This document shows, one piece after another, positions 36,291 to 49,388 of a stretch of DNA of 64,000 nucleotides. The stretch spans positions 6,263 through 70,262 of the forward strand of contig NIVC01000956.1 in assembly GCA_002269645.1 (NCBI GenBank), given 5' to 3'. A program made the translations under genes and the position numbers. Under the pieces are notes generated by a model, which did not search any database, had not been told where the DNA came from, and was given only the letters and a program-made list of their open reading frames with translations. Numbering within the stretch: position 1 is the stretch's first letter; the number at the start of each line of letters is the position of its first letter. The stretch is from Macrostomum lignano (Eukaryota).

Positions 36291-36804
36291 ATCTTATCTT
36301 ATTCCACCCCTCTGTCAAAACGGCTCTGCAAGTGCCACACTTTATACACAGTGGATTGGTTTCCTATACTCAGCAGAGCTCAAATTCGCAATATCGCACC
36401 ATATTCCAGCTAGTAGACAGAATGTCCGACAATAAAATTTTATCCAGCTTTCGGCGGATTAATGGACTGGCCGGGCAGACATGGGAGCGTCTGCAACCAG
36501 CCAGGACTGCTTTCTCGCATGCGGTAGATATTCAGAGGGCTATAAATAGACTGATAGCATTTGTCAGGGAACTGACCTTGCCGCGGTAAATTGGAAGAAA
36601 GTTATGGACGGGACTGTCAAATTAGTGCAAAAATTGGCGAAGATTAATTGGTGCACTGTTTTGCACTAATAAATCATATATTTATATTAGATGTGCCTTG
36701 GATTGGCTTCATCACTGCCGTTGCTGGCTTCACCTTTGCACTGCAATGTTGTTAGAATAATTTGAAATGGGTGATTGCGGACCGTTCGGGTTTGGGTGTC
36801 TTAG

Positions 36805-37305
36805 ATATAGGGTTCAGTGTCTTAGATGAAGGGTTCAGTGTCTTAGATGAAGGGTTCAGTGTCTGAGATGAAGGATTCAGTGTCTTAGATGAATGGTTCA
36901 GTGTCTTAGATGAAGGGTTCAGTGTCTTAGATGAAGGGTTCAGTGTCTTAGATGAAGGGTTCAGTGTCTTAGATGAAGGGTTCAGTGTCTTAGATGAAGG
37001 ATTCAGTGTCTTAGATGAAGGGTTCAGTGTCTTAGATGAAGGGTTCAGTGTCTTAGATGAAGGGTTCAGTGTCTTAGATGAAGGGTTCAGTGTCTTAGAT
37101 GAAGGGTTCAGTGTCTTAGATGAAGGGTTCAGTGTCTTAGATGAAGGGTTCAGTGTCTTAGATGAAGGGTTCAGTGTCTTAGATGAAGGGTTCAGTGTCT
37201 TAGATGAAGGTTCAGTGTCTTAGATGAAGGGTTCAGTGTCTTAGATGAAGGGTTCAGTGTCTTAGATGAAGGGTTCAGTGTCTTAGATGAAGGGTTCAGT
37301 GCTTT
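36805..37305. repeat. Highly homogeneous 21-bp minisatellite (gggttcagtgtcttagatgaa)
   Basis: ~24 copies. Confidence 0.96.
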
Positions 37306-38179
37306 AGACGAAGAGCTTGATTATTTTTTCAAGGAAATCAAGTTACCAGTCAGCTGTTTTGAGCAGTTCCTCCCAAAATGAAAACTGTTTCACCATTATT
37401 CTCAGTTAATAGCGGAACCTCACGGGCAGAGGGTAGGCACTGTCTAATTTGCACGAAGAAAAAAACACATTTTTTGTCTTTAAACTGGAAAATTGGATTT
37501 TCTGCTAATGCGACCACTTCACGCGGAGCAAGTGGGTAGGTGTAGACTGGGTAGAGAGGGGATGAGAGGAGAGAGACAGAGAGTTGCTGTTTGAGCTGAC
37601 AACAAATCTGCGTTCTTTTTTGTCTAGAGTTTCTCAAGCGTTTTTTTAAGCTGAAGTGTTAGTTTTATGAAATACTTTTCCCGCACCACGTAGAGGGCCT
37701 TCAGCTAGCCTGCAGCGCTTCTCAGCCAATCAGAATCGTCTAGGGAGAGAGGGCTTGCAGCTCTGGCCGTACCGAGATTAAAGGTTGATTCAACTCGCTG
37801 CAAGCTCCGGTCCCGCTTGCTAGCTCAGCTATTGAGGAGCAGTTTGTCTCAGGAAATCGCCCGTTCCAGACCCCCCCCCCCTAGACCTGTCTTAGCAGTT
37901 GGCAAGAAGGCTTGGCTAGGAAAAGCTTCACACAGCCCCTGTTTTGGCGACAGAGTTAGCAGAGGATCAAAGCGAAGGTGAGCATTTTTTAAAAGTTGGA
38001 TTCCCTATTCTCGGGTTTCTGGTCGATTTAGATTATAGCAGTTGATTGACCGCAGATTGGGGCATTGTCTTGCGCCACTCCGCTTGGCTCAGTGAAGAAT
38101 CAGTGGAATATACCAGAGGTAGAAGGTGGTTCTGGGGTAGAGAGAAAGAAAAGGATTGAAAAGAAAGAAGACATAAACA

Positions 38180-39205
38180 AGATAAAAGATAGAAGATAAA
38201 AGATAAAAGACAGAAGAAAAATGATAGAAGATATAAGATAGTATCAGTAGATAGCAGTTAGAATATAAAAGATAGAAGATAACAGATAGCAGATAGAAGA
38301 CAGAAGATAGAAGACAGAAGATAGAAGACAGAAGATGGAAGACAGAAGATAGAAGATAGAAGACAGAAGACAGAAGATAGAAGCCAGAAGACAGAAGATA
38401 GAAGATAGAAGACAGAAGATAGAAGATAGAAGACGGAAGATAGAAGACAGAAGATAGAAGATAGAAGACAGAAGATAGAAGATAGAAGACAGAAGACAGA
38501 AGATAGAAGACAGAAGATAGAAGACAGAAGATAGAAGATAGAAGACAGAAGATAGAAGATAGAAGATAGAAGATAGAAGACAGAAGATAGAAGATAGAAG
38601 ATAGAAGATAGAAGATATAAGACAGAAGATAGAAGACAGAAGATAGAAGATAGAAGACAGAAGATAGAAGATAGAAGACAGAAGACAGAAGATAGAAGAC
38701 AGAAGATAGAAGACAGAAGATAGAAGATAGAAGACAGAAGATAGAAGATAGAAGACAGAAGATAGAAGACAGAAGATAGAAGATAGAAGACAGAAGATAG
38801 AAGACAGAAGACAGAAGACAGAAGATAGAAGACAGAAGATAGAAGACAGAAGACAGAAGATAGAAGACAGAAGATAGAAGACAGAAGATAGAAGATAGAA
38901 GACAGAAGATAGAAGACAGAAGATAGAAGACAGAAGATAGAAGATAGAAGACAGAAGATAGAAGACAGAAGATAGAAGACAGAAGATAGAAGATAGAAGA
39001 CAGAAGATAGAAGACAGAAGATAGAAGATAGAAGACAGAAGATAGAAGACAGAAGATAGAAGACAGAAGATAGAAGACAGAAGATAGAAGATAGAAGACA
39101 GAAGATAGAAGACAGAAGACAGAAGACAGAAGATAGAAGACAGAAGATAGAAGACAGAAGATAGAAGACAGAAGATAGAAGATAGAAGACAGAAGATGGA
39201 AGATA
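38180..39205. repeat. 7-bp repeat (agaaga[ct])n
   Basis: Direct reading. Confidence 0.96.
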
Positions 39206-39689
39206 GTGGCAGCTGTACCAAGCTAAAATAAAGGTGCTCAAAGAATGAGAACATGCTGAGTTGAGGCCAGAGTTGATAAGCCGTATCACAAAAAATATAT
39301 CCAAATAGAGGCTGTAAACTATAATGAGAAGCAGTGAAGCCAAGAAAGCAATTGATTTTATGCTGAGTTCAGGCCAAAAGCAATCCATAGGGGGCTAAAG
39401 AGATCGCTAGAGAGGCGCAGAATTTTTTTATTTTTCCCTTTGCTTTAGAATCGGCTTAGACTTCGATTTAAAGCCAAAGGAGAAAAGCAAGAGACTCTAG
39501 AGAAGGGATGTGAAAGTTACATCAATTATCTGCTCAATTGCCAATTGATAAAAATAATAATAAAGGGAACTCAATGAGTGGCAGTGGCACACACGGATCA
39601 AAGGTATTGATAACATAGGTGTGGCAAGACAAGTTATTCTGCTATTCGTGTCCCTTGTTTGGGAATGAAAAGGGAGACAGAGGGGGGCA

Positions 39690-40200
39690 GGGGGTGAAGG
39701 GAGAGTGAGACACAGCTAGCAGAGGGTGAAGGGAGAGTGAGGCACAGCTAGCAGAGGGTGAAGGGAGAGTGAGACACAGCTAGCACAGGGTGAAGAGAGA
39801 CTGAGACACAGCTAGCACAGGGTGAAGGGAGAGTGAGACACAGCTAGCAGAGGGTGAAGGGAGACTGAGACACAGCTAGCAGAGGGTGAAGGGAGAGTGA
39901 GGCACAGCTAGCAGAGGGTGAAGGGAGACTGAGACACAGCTAGTAGAGGGTGAAGGGAGACTGAGACACAGATAGCAGAGGGTAAAGGGAGACTGAGACA
40001 CAGCTAGCAGAGGGTGAAGGGAGACTGAGACACAGCTAGCAGAGGGTGAAGGGAGACTGAGACACAGATAGCAGAGGGTAAAGGGAGACTGAGACACAGC
40101 TAGTAGAGGGTAAAGGGAGACTGAGGCACAGCTAGCAGAGGGTGAAGGGAGACTGAGACACAGATAGCAGAGGGTGAAGGGAGACTGAGACACAGCTGAA
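39690..40200. repeat. 32-bp minisatellite (gacacagctagcagagggtgaagggagactga)
   Basis: ~16 copies. Confidence 0.94.
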
Positions 40201-40864
40201 GAGAGAGTGTAGCTAATGTTGAATCTGCTGACCAAACATCAATAGCGATTACGTAATGAGACTTGCAACAGTTCTCAAACTTAGAGCCGCTCCCGGATAG
40301 CAAAGTGGATTTGTGCTTCGATGCCGGGGTAGAAAGAGTATTTGTTGGGAGAATTCTCCAGTGGAAGGAGAGCAGTGCAGCAAAAGAGGGGGGGGGCAAG
40401 CTGCGGTGGCCAGGACTGGTAATTTAGCGAAATGAGCTTTGCTCAAAGATTGAGTCCGGAGCTGTGCCAAGCCAGGAAGCAAGATGAAAGACAAATTTCT
40501 GCTCAGTCCAGGAACTTCGCTGGTTTCGTTCGGCTGGTTTCTCCTCAAGCTCGAAGATTGCTTCAAGTCGTCCCTCCCCTTTTTGGCGGCGGTCGCGCTT
40601 CGCCAAGTGAGGCGCGGGTGCATGGGAGAGATAGAGATGGAAGGGAACGAGGAAGACATACTGACTGATGATGAAGTCCCGGCCGGGGTCTCCCGGGCGA
40701 TTCTCCCTTTTTTGATCAAAGACTTGGAAAGGAGGAGCTTCTCTGTCTCGGGTCCGGCGTGCTCCGCTGCTCCTGTGCACCGCGGCGTGCTTTATGGCTG
40801 CGCCTGGCTTGAAATTGCAGTCCTCGCTTGATTGCCCTGTTTGTGTGTCTTTTCTCCCCTTTGC

Positions 40865-42105
40865 CTCTCCTCTCCTCTCCTCTCCTCTCCTCTGCTCTGC
40901 TCTGCTCTCCTCTCCTCTCCTCTCCTTTCCTCTCCTCTCCTCTCCTCTCCTCGCCTCTCCTCTCCTCTCCTCTCCTCTCCTCTCCTCTCCTCTCCTCTCC
41001 TCTCCTCTCCTCTCCTCTGCTCTCCTCTCCTCTCCTCTCCTCTCCTCTGCTCTCCTCTCCTCTCCTCTCCTCTCCTCTGCTCTCCTCTCCTCTCCTCTCC
41101 TCTGCTCTCCTCTCCTCTCCTCTCCTCTGCTCTCCTCTCCTCTCCTCTGCTCTCCTCTCCTCTCCTCTCCTCCTCTCTCCTCTCCTCTCCTCTCCTTTCC
41201 TCTCCTCTCTTCTCCTCTCCTCCTCTCTCCTCTCCTCTCCTCTCCTCTCCTCTGCTCTGCTCTCCTCTCCTCTCCTCCTCTGCTCTGCTCTGCTCTCCTC
41301 TCCTCTCCTCTCCTCTCCTCTGCTCTCCTCTCCTCTCCTCTCCTCTCTCTCCTCTCCTCTCCTCTTCTCTCCTCTCCTCTCCTCTCTACTCCTCTCCTCT
41401 CCTCTCCTCTCTCTCCTCTCCTCTCCTCTTCTCTCCTCTCCTCTCCTCTCCTTTCCTCTCTCTCCTCTCCTCTCCTCTGCTCTCCTCTCCTCTCCTCTCC
41501 TCTCTCTCCTCTCCTCTCCTCTTCTCTCCTCTCCTCTCCTCTCCACTCCTCTTCTCTCCTCTCCTCTCCTCTTCTCTCCTCTCCTCTCCTCTCCTCTCCT
41601 CTCCTCTCCTCTCCTCTCCTCTCCTCTCCTCTCCTCTCCTCTCCTCTCCTCTTCTCTCCTCTCCTCTTCTCTCTACTCCTCTCCTCTCCTCTCCTCTCTC
41701 TCCTCTCCTCTCCTCTTCTCTCCTCTCCTCTCCTCTCCTTTCCTCTCTCTCCTCTCCTCTCCTCTTCTCTCCTCTCCTCTCCTCTCCACTCCTCTCCTCT
41801 CTCTCCTCTCCCTCCTCTGCTCTCCTCTCCTCTCCTCTCCTCTTTCTCCTCTCCTCTCCTCTTCTCTCTCCTCTCCTCTCCACTCCTCTTCTCTTCTCTC
41901 CTCTCCTCTCCTCTCCTCTTCTCTCCTCTCCTCTCCTCTCCTCTCCTCTCCTCTCCTCTCCTCTCCTCTCCTCTCCTCTCCTCTCCTCTCCACTCCTCTT
42001 CTCTCCTCTCTCTCTCCTCTCCTCTCCTCTCCTCTCCTCTCCTCTCCTCTCCTCTCCTCTCCTCTCCTCTCCTCTCCTCTCCTCTCCTCTCCTCTCCTCT
42101 CCTTT
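40865..42105. repeat. (CTCCT)n pentanucleotide tract
   Basis: Direct reading. Confidence 0.96.
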
Positions 42106-42548
42106 CCTGTCCTCTCATCTCCTCCACTTACTTCAATAACCTTTCTTATCCTATGCTTTTTTCCTTTTATCTCCGTTCAACCCAGACCGCACTCTTGTCA
42201 ATGCGTTCTTTATCTTATAAGCGTACCGATACTGCCAAATCTTAAAGGGACAGCAGATAAAGATAAAGAGAAAGGTAAAAACACTGACAATTTACCTTGC
42301 AAAAAGATGTACTTTTTTAGCTAATCAAAGTACCGGACTCCATTTTTGAGCGGTAGTTATTGCACTTTCTAGTAGCTAAAAAGGCGTACTATAACCACCT
42401 GCATGCATTATGTGTTCAGGAGTCAGCACGATGGACAGGCTTTGCGCCAGGGTGCCCAAAAGTAATTTGTAATTTAACTGTTAATATGAAAATTAAGGAA
42501 TTAATAAACAAAATTTTCCAATTGTGCGCAGGATAGAAGAGCCAAGCG

Positions 42549-44430
42549 ATGCTGCTGCTGTCTCTGCTGTCAGTCCTGGTGCTCAGTCTCGTGCCCGACG
42601 TCTCCGCTTCGATCTACGGTACGCCGAGGCACCACAGGCTGGTGTATACCCTGTACAGCACGGACCACCCCAGCTGCCAGCACGCGGACGAGACTCCGCT
42701 ATCCGTTGACGGATCCCTGAAGCTGACCACAGCTGCATCTGGCGGTTCCGGCTACAGACTCTGCTCAACTCCGGTGGTTCCGTTTGGCGAGCTGATTCGC
42801 GACCCTCGTGGCATCCGGTTCTGGTACCTGCGCATCCGAGTCACTAAGCTGTCGCCCGGTCAGGAACTCGTGGTCGTCTCCATGGAGAAGCAGGACATGA
42901 GCCCGGGCATAGTTGACAATGACAAGCACCACAGAGTTACTAGCGAAGCGAAGACAATTCCAACTGAATTCCAGCTGCGCTACAGGTATGCCCGGCTGTT
43001 CTGGGTGGAGAGCAGCCCGCCGGGGCCGCCAGTCAACATCACGGTGTCTCGCTATGCCAGATTTGATGAACAGTTCAACTACACAAGCCGGCGGCTGTTC
43101 TGCGAACGGTACGGCAACGTCTGGTGCCAGAAGAAGGTCAAGGATGACGGTGGCAGCGACGATGGTGGACTCTGCGTAGCTCCGGGAAGCTGCAGCCTCC
43201 GTGCTGACTGCTTCGACCTGTTTGAAGAGCCGAACAAGTGCCCGGACGGCCCATTCTGGCTTGGCGGTGTCGGCAGCTCCAACCGGTCGAATCTGCTGCA
43301 CCCGACTCACAGCTCCTGGCTGTCTAGAAATTTCCCCTGGCTAGCCTTTGGCGCCGTGCCGATTGCGTTGGCGTTCGCTCTGGCAAAAATTTGCGCTCAA
43401 AAACGCGAATTGGATATTGACGACGACTACGACTATAAGTTGAGCTGCTCGGAGAGGGGCGGTCGGAGAAGCGACGAGGAAGAAGGCGATGGGGATGAGG
43501 CAGGCTCCGACAGTTTCACATTCGGTGGCGGTCCCAGACAGTCCGCTCTGGCCAGGTGCAGACCTGTTCCTTTGATTTACCGCCACTCTCTGTTCCCCTT
43601 TGATCTACCGCCACTCTCTGTTCTCCTTTGATCTACCGCCACTCTCTGTTCTCCTTTGATCTACCGCCACTCTCTGTTCCCCTTTGATCTACCGCCACTC
43701 TCTGTTCTCCTTTGATCTACCGCCACTCTCTGTTCCCCTTTGATCTACCGCCACTCTCTGTTCTCCTTTGATCTATCGTCACTCTCTGTTCCCCTTTGAT
43801 CTACCGCCACTCTCTGTTCCCCTTTGATCTACCGCCACTCTCTGTTCCCCTTTGATCTACCGCCACTCTCTGTTCCCCTTTGATCTACCGCCACTCTCTG
43901 TTCCCCTTTGATCTACCGCCACTGTTTCTTCCCCTTTGATCTGCCGCTAACCCTTTCAGTACAATAATTATCAAGTCATTTCGATAACACAGTTAACATT
44001 TATTTTGCACTCCTTCAGAAGCCCCTCTGCGAACCCAACGCCAGATCCTGAACCTGCCATCAGTCGGCACGCACACCACTCGGGCAGTCTGAATCGGGAC
44101 AGCCAAATTCGAGGAAAGCATCAAACGAAAGCGCCGCCTCCACCGCCTCCGCCGCAGCCCTCGTCGAAGTCGTCTCCGCCCCTGCAGTTGGATTTCAAAG
44201 CCAGCGCCGCAAACGATAAAGAGCCCACACCGCCGACGCCTCCACCCCGACGGTGGGACCGGGCCTCGCTGCAGCTGAGGGCTCCTCAAGACTATGAGGG
44301 CAGCTTCGAGGGCAACAGCCGGCCGCTGCTCTGCCAAGTGGACGCCCCAGCGACTGGCTTTGACGGAGGAGCCGAGCGGGAGTCGGTTGAGCTCACGGCC
44401 ATCGCCCAGCAACCGGCGGGATGCGCGTGA
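42549..44430 (+). CDS. Type I membrane protein: signal peptide, divergent CUB-like domain, LDLa-like Cys module, TM, acidic/Pro-rich tail (exons 42549-43555, 44019-44430; 472 aa)
   Basis: MLLLSLLSVLVLSLVPDVSA signal; N-terminal Cys pair (SCQ..LCS) followed by beta-rich sequence; six-Cys module C-x7-C-x15-C-x5-C-SLRAD-C-FDLFEEPNK-C; TM FPWLAFGAVPIALAFALAKIC; AG|GTGCAG donor and ccttcag| acceptor, both phase 2. Confidence 0.8.
43572..43945. repeat. 28-bp minisatellite (tttgatctaccgccactctctgttcccc) in the CUB-LDLa gene intron
   Basis: ~13 copies. Confidence 0.95.
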
Positions 44431-44431
44431 C

Positions 44432-47147
44432 GGGATTGCTAATCTAGCCAATACACGGGTGCAGGAATAGAATGGATTGCTAATCTAGCCAATACACGGA
44501 TGCAGGAATAGAATGGATTGCTAATCTAGCCAATACACGGATGCAGGAATAGAACGGATTGCTAATCTAGCCAATACACGGATGCAGGAATAGAATGGAT
44601 TGCTAATCTAGTCAATACACGGATGCAGGAATAGAATGGATTGCTAATCTAGCCAATACACGGGTGCAGGAATAGAATGGATTGCTAATCTAGTCAATAC
44701 ACGGATGCAGGAATAGAATGGATTGCTAATCTAGCCAATACACGGATGCAGGAATAGAATGGATTGCTAATCTAGCCAATACATGGATGCAGGAATAGAA
44801 TGGATTGCTAATCTAGCCAATACACGGATGCAGGAATAGAATGGATTGCTAATCTAGCCAATACACGGATGCAGGAATAGAATGGATTGCTAATCTAGCC
44901 AATGCACGGATGCAGGAATAGAATGGATTGCTAATCTAGCCAATACACGGATGCAGGAATAGAATGGATTGCTAATCTAGCCAATACACGGATGCAGGAA
45001 TAGAATGGATTGCTAATCTAGCCAATACACGGATGCAGGAATAGAATGGATTGCTAATCTAGCCAATGCATGGATGCAGGAATAGAATGGATTGCTAATC
45101 TAGCCAATGCATGGATGCAGGAATAGAATGGATTGCTAATCTAGCCAATGCATGGATGCAGGAATAGAATGGATTGCTAATCTAGCCAATACATGGATGC
45201 AGGAATAGAATGGATTGCTAATCTAGCCAATACACGGGTGCAGGAATAGAATGGATTGCTAATCTAGCCAATACACGGATGCAGGAATAGAATGGATTGC
45301 TAATCTAGCCAATGCACGGATGCAGGAATAGAATGGATTGCTAATCTAGCCAATACACGGATGCAGGAATAGAATGGATTGCTAATCTAGCCAATACATG
45401 GATGCAGGAATAGAATGGATTGCTAATCTAGCCAATGCATGGATGCAGGAATAGAATGGATTGCTAATCTAGCCAATGCATGGATGCAGGAATAGAATGG
45501 ATTGCTAATCTAGCCAATACATGGATGCAGGAATAGAATGGATTGCTAATCTAGCCAATACACGGGTGCAGGAATAGAATGGATTGCTAATCTAGCCAAT
45601 ACACGGATGCAGGAATAGAATGGATTGCTAATCTAGCCAATGCACGGATGCAGGAATAGAATGGATTGCTAATCTAGCCAATACACGGATGCAGGAATAG
45701 AATGGATTGCTAATCTAGCCAATACATGGATGCAGGAATAGAATGGATTGCTAATCTAGCCAATACACGGATGCAGGAATAGAATGGATTGCTAATCTAG
45801 CCAATACACGGATGCGGGAATAGAATGGATTGCTAATCTAGCCAATACACGGATGCAGGAATAGAATGGATTGCTAATCTAGCCAATACACGGATGCAGG
45901 AATAGAATGGATTGCTAATCTAGCCAATACACGGGTGCAGGAATAGAATGGATTGCTAATCTAGCCAATACACGGATGCAGGAATAGAATGGATTGCTAA
46001 TCTAGCCAATACACGGATGCAGGAATAGAATGGATTGCTAATCTAGCCAATACACGGATGCAGGAATAGAATGGATTGCTAATCTAGCCAATACACGGAT
46101 GCAGGAATAGAATGGATTGCTAATCTAGCCAATACACGGAATGCAGGAATAGAATGGATTGCTAATCTAGCCAATACACGGATGCAGGAATAGAATGGAT
46201 TGCTAATCTAGCCAATACACGGATGCAGGAATAGAATGGACTGCCAATCTAGCCAATACACGGATGCAGGAATAGAATGGATTGCTAATCTAGTCAATAC
46301 ACGGATGCAGGAATAGAATGGATTGCTAATCTAGCCAATACACGGATGCAGGAATAGAATGGATTGCTAATCTAGCCAATACACGGATGCAGGAATAGAA
46401 TGGATTGCTAATCTAGCCAATACACGGATGCAGGAATAGAATGGATTGCTAATCTAGCCAATACACGGATGCAGGAATAGAATGGACTGCCAATCTAGCC
46501 AATACACGGATGCAGGAATAGAATGGATTGCTAATCTAGCCAATACACGGATGCAGGAATAGAATGGATTGCTAATCTAGCCAATACACGGATGCAGGAA
46601 TAGAATGGATTGCTAATCTAGCCAATACATGGATGCAGGAATAGAATGGATTGCTAATCTAGCCAATACACGGATGCAGGAATAGAATGGATTGCTAATC
46701 TAGCCAATACACGGATGCAGGAATAGAATGGATTGCTAATCTAGCCAATACACGGATGCAGGAATAGAATGGATTGCTAATCTAGCCAATACACGGATGC
46801 AGGAATAGAATGGACTGCCAATCTAGCCAATACACGGATGCAGGAATAGAATGGATTGCTAATCTAGCCAATACACGGATGCAGGAATAGAATGGACTTC
46901 CAATCTAGCCAATACACGGATGCAGGAATAGAATGGATTGCTAATCTAGCCAATGCACGGATGCAGGAATAGAATGGATTGCTAATCTAGCCAATACACG
47001 GATGCAGGAATAGAATGGATTGCTAATCTAGCCAATACACGGATGCAGGAATAGAATGGATTGCTAATCTAGCCAATACACGGATGCAGGAATAGAATGG
47101 ACTGCCAATCTAGCCAATACACGGATGCAGGAATAGAATGGATTGCT
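44432..47147 (+). repeat. 41-bp satellite, ~66 copies (ggattgctaatctagccaatacacggatgcaggaatagaat)
   Basis: Begins 2 nt after the TGA of the CUB-LDLa gene. Confidence 0.98.
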
Positions 47148-47802
47148 TAAGAGGTTAAGATAAATCCAAGGATGGTGTGATCAGAGCCAACGGATTCACT
47201 TCCGTGCTTCCAATTTTGTTCAAACATTTAGGAGTAGTTTTACTTCTCAACGCAGGGTTAAGGCGCGCTCTGAACTGCTACCCCATGAATATTTGAGTAG
47301 AAATGTGAATTTGCCGTGTAAATGTAAAATTCATCCAGTTCACTCAGTCCTCAATTTGATGACCACTCTGTGTGATTCCTTGTGCATAGAAACTGCTAAT
47401 GGGGGTCACGCAGTCTGCGGATCAATGGGATTCAATGAGCAGCACTTCTCAACCCAACAGTTCTCCCCGAGCTGTGAACAGGCGCACCTACGTGTATTGA
47501 GCCGGCTAAATGCATAAACTGTATCTCCTCGCTACTATCGCAATTTGCAATTAGCAATTTGCAGCAAGAATCTGCCGCGTATGTTTTTTAAAAATCTCCA
47601 ATAGTCATTTATACTCGTACGAGTAGATTACCATTGCATTGGCCTAATTGTGCATGTGCGCGTTGTTTGTACTGACTTTTTTCTCATCTACTCCAATCCA
47701 TTCTGATTGTAAGCTAGACTGTCAGCACAGCATTGAACCTGTGCTGTACTTGCTTTACTACTTTTGTTCATTGCCGGTCTTTTTTCTTGAGGCACCGAGA
47801 GG

Positions 47803-48318
47803 TGCCAGGGCTCCAGGGGCGCCAGGGTTCCAGGGGCGCCAGGGCTCCAGGGGCGCCAGGGCTCCAGGGGCGCCAGGGCTCCAGGGTCGCCAGGGCTCCA
47901 GGGGCGCCAGGGCTCCAGGGGCGCCAGGGCTCCAGGGGCGCCAGGGCTCCAGGGGAGCCAGGGCTCCAGGGGCGCCAGGGCTCCAGGGGCGCCAGGGCTC
48001 CAGGGGCGCCAGGGCTCCAGGGGCGCCAGGGCTCCAGGGGCGCCAGGGCTCCAGGGGCGCCAGGGCTCCAGGGGCGCCAGGGCTCCAGGGTCGCCAGGGC
48101 TCCAGGGGCGCCAGGGCTCCAGGGTCGCCAGGGCTCCAGGGGCGCCAGGGCTCCAGGGTCGCCAGGGCTCCAGGGGCGCCAGAGCTCCAGGGCGCCAGGG
48201 CTCCAGGGGTGCCAGGGCTCCAGGGGCGCCAGGGCTCCAGGGGTGCCAGGGCTCCACGGGCGCCAGAGCTCCAGGGCGCCAGGGCTCCAGGGGCGCCAGG
48301 GCTCCAGGGGCGCCAGGA
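47803..48318. repeat. GC-rich 17-bp minisatellite (ccagggctccaggggcg)
   Basis: ~30 copies; continuous G3-N5-G4-N5 pattern on +. Confidence 0.96.
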
Positions 48319-48937
48319 CACCCGGAGGCACCTGAGAAGGACCAAACAGCATAGCACGCACGTAAAAATATGCGACTGATAGGGCCAATTTAAAAGTGCA
48401 AATCACACGGTCTACTGAACAAAAATACACTAATTATTATCAAGATATTTATAAAATTGCTTATTCAGTCGTAAGCTCTTGCTAAAGTTTTTTTTTCATT
48501 CAAAGCATTTCCATCGCAAAGTTTGATTCAGTCTATATTTAGTCAAAGTTTTTATACACAAGGCGGAGAAAATCACAGCCTCCAGAACGAGTTATGAAGA
48601 GTCCTACAATGAGGGCGGCACCGGACACTGAGCGCCAGTGTTACAGCAATTCTTGAATCGAATCCCGAGTGGAATTTGAATTGGCCACACGCTCAGATTG
48701 GTCAGGACAATGCGGTCAGCTGGTGAATTGCGGAAGAGAAGGCAGGGAGAAATTTAGAGGGAGAAGTTCGGTCGATGAGCGGGACTCAACATTTTTTTCT
48801 AAAAAATAACTTGTCCAACCTTCCTTGGGTCTTATTTCGCTTCAGCTGCACCTGCCTCTGCTGACAAGCAACCCTTTCACCTTAGCCAGGGAGTCCTTGA
48901 ACCAGAACTTGGACTGGAAGAAAACAGTTGACGAACC

Positions 48938-49388
48938 TAGTGAAATTTAAGTCTTGTGTGAAATTTAGGTCCAGAGAAATTTAGGTCTAATGAAATTTAG
49001 GTCTAATGAAATTTAGGTCTAGTAAACGTTAGGTCTAGTGAAACTTAGGTCCAGAGAAATTTAGGTCCAATGAAATTTAGGTCTAGTAAACGTTAGGTCT
49101 AGTGAAATTTAGGTCCAGTGAATTTAGGTCTAGTGTGAAATTTAGGTCTAATGAAATTTAGGTCTAGTGAAATTTAGGTGCAGTGAAATTTAGGTCCTGA
49201 GAAATTTAGGTGCAGTGAAATTTAGGTCCTGAGAAATTTAGGTGCAGTGAAATTTAGGTCCTGAGAAATTTAGGTGCAGTGATATTTAAGTGCAGTGAAA
49301 TTTAGGTGCAGTGATATTTAGGTGCAGTGAAATTTAGGTGCAGTGATATTTAGGTCCTGAGAAATTTAGGTACAGTGAAATTTAGGTC
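48938..49388. repeat. 15-16-bp minisatellite (agtgaaatttaggt[cg])
   Basis: Direct reading. Confidence 0.9.

Noticed and set aside
36332-36589. Possible non-LTR retrotransposon C-terminal fragment (WERLQPARTAFSH..LIAFVRELTLPR)
   Set aside because: Short, no RT/endonuclease or CCHC motif, no poly(A) tail; resemblance is impressionistic
30804-47147. CRISPR array interpretation of the 41-, 26-, 32- or 45-bp repeats
   Set aside because: Units are head-to-tail with no unique spacers; eukaryotic intron context; no cas genes
47648-48430. Collagen-like GRQGSRGARAPGAPGLQ ORFs on both strands
   Set aside because: The 17-bp unit is not a multiple of 3 and gives no regular Gly-X-Y register; several frames are open simply because the GC-rich unit lacks stops
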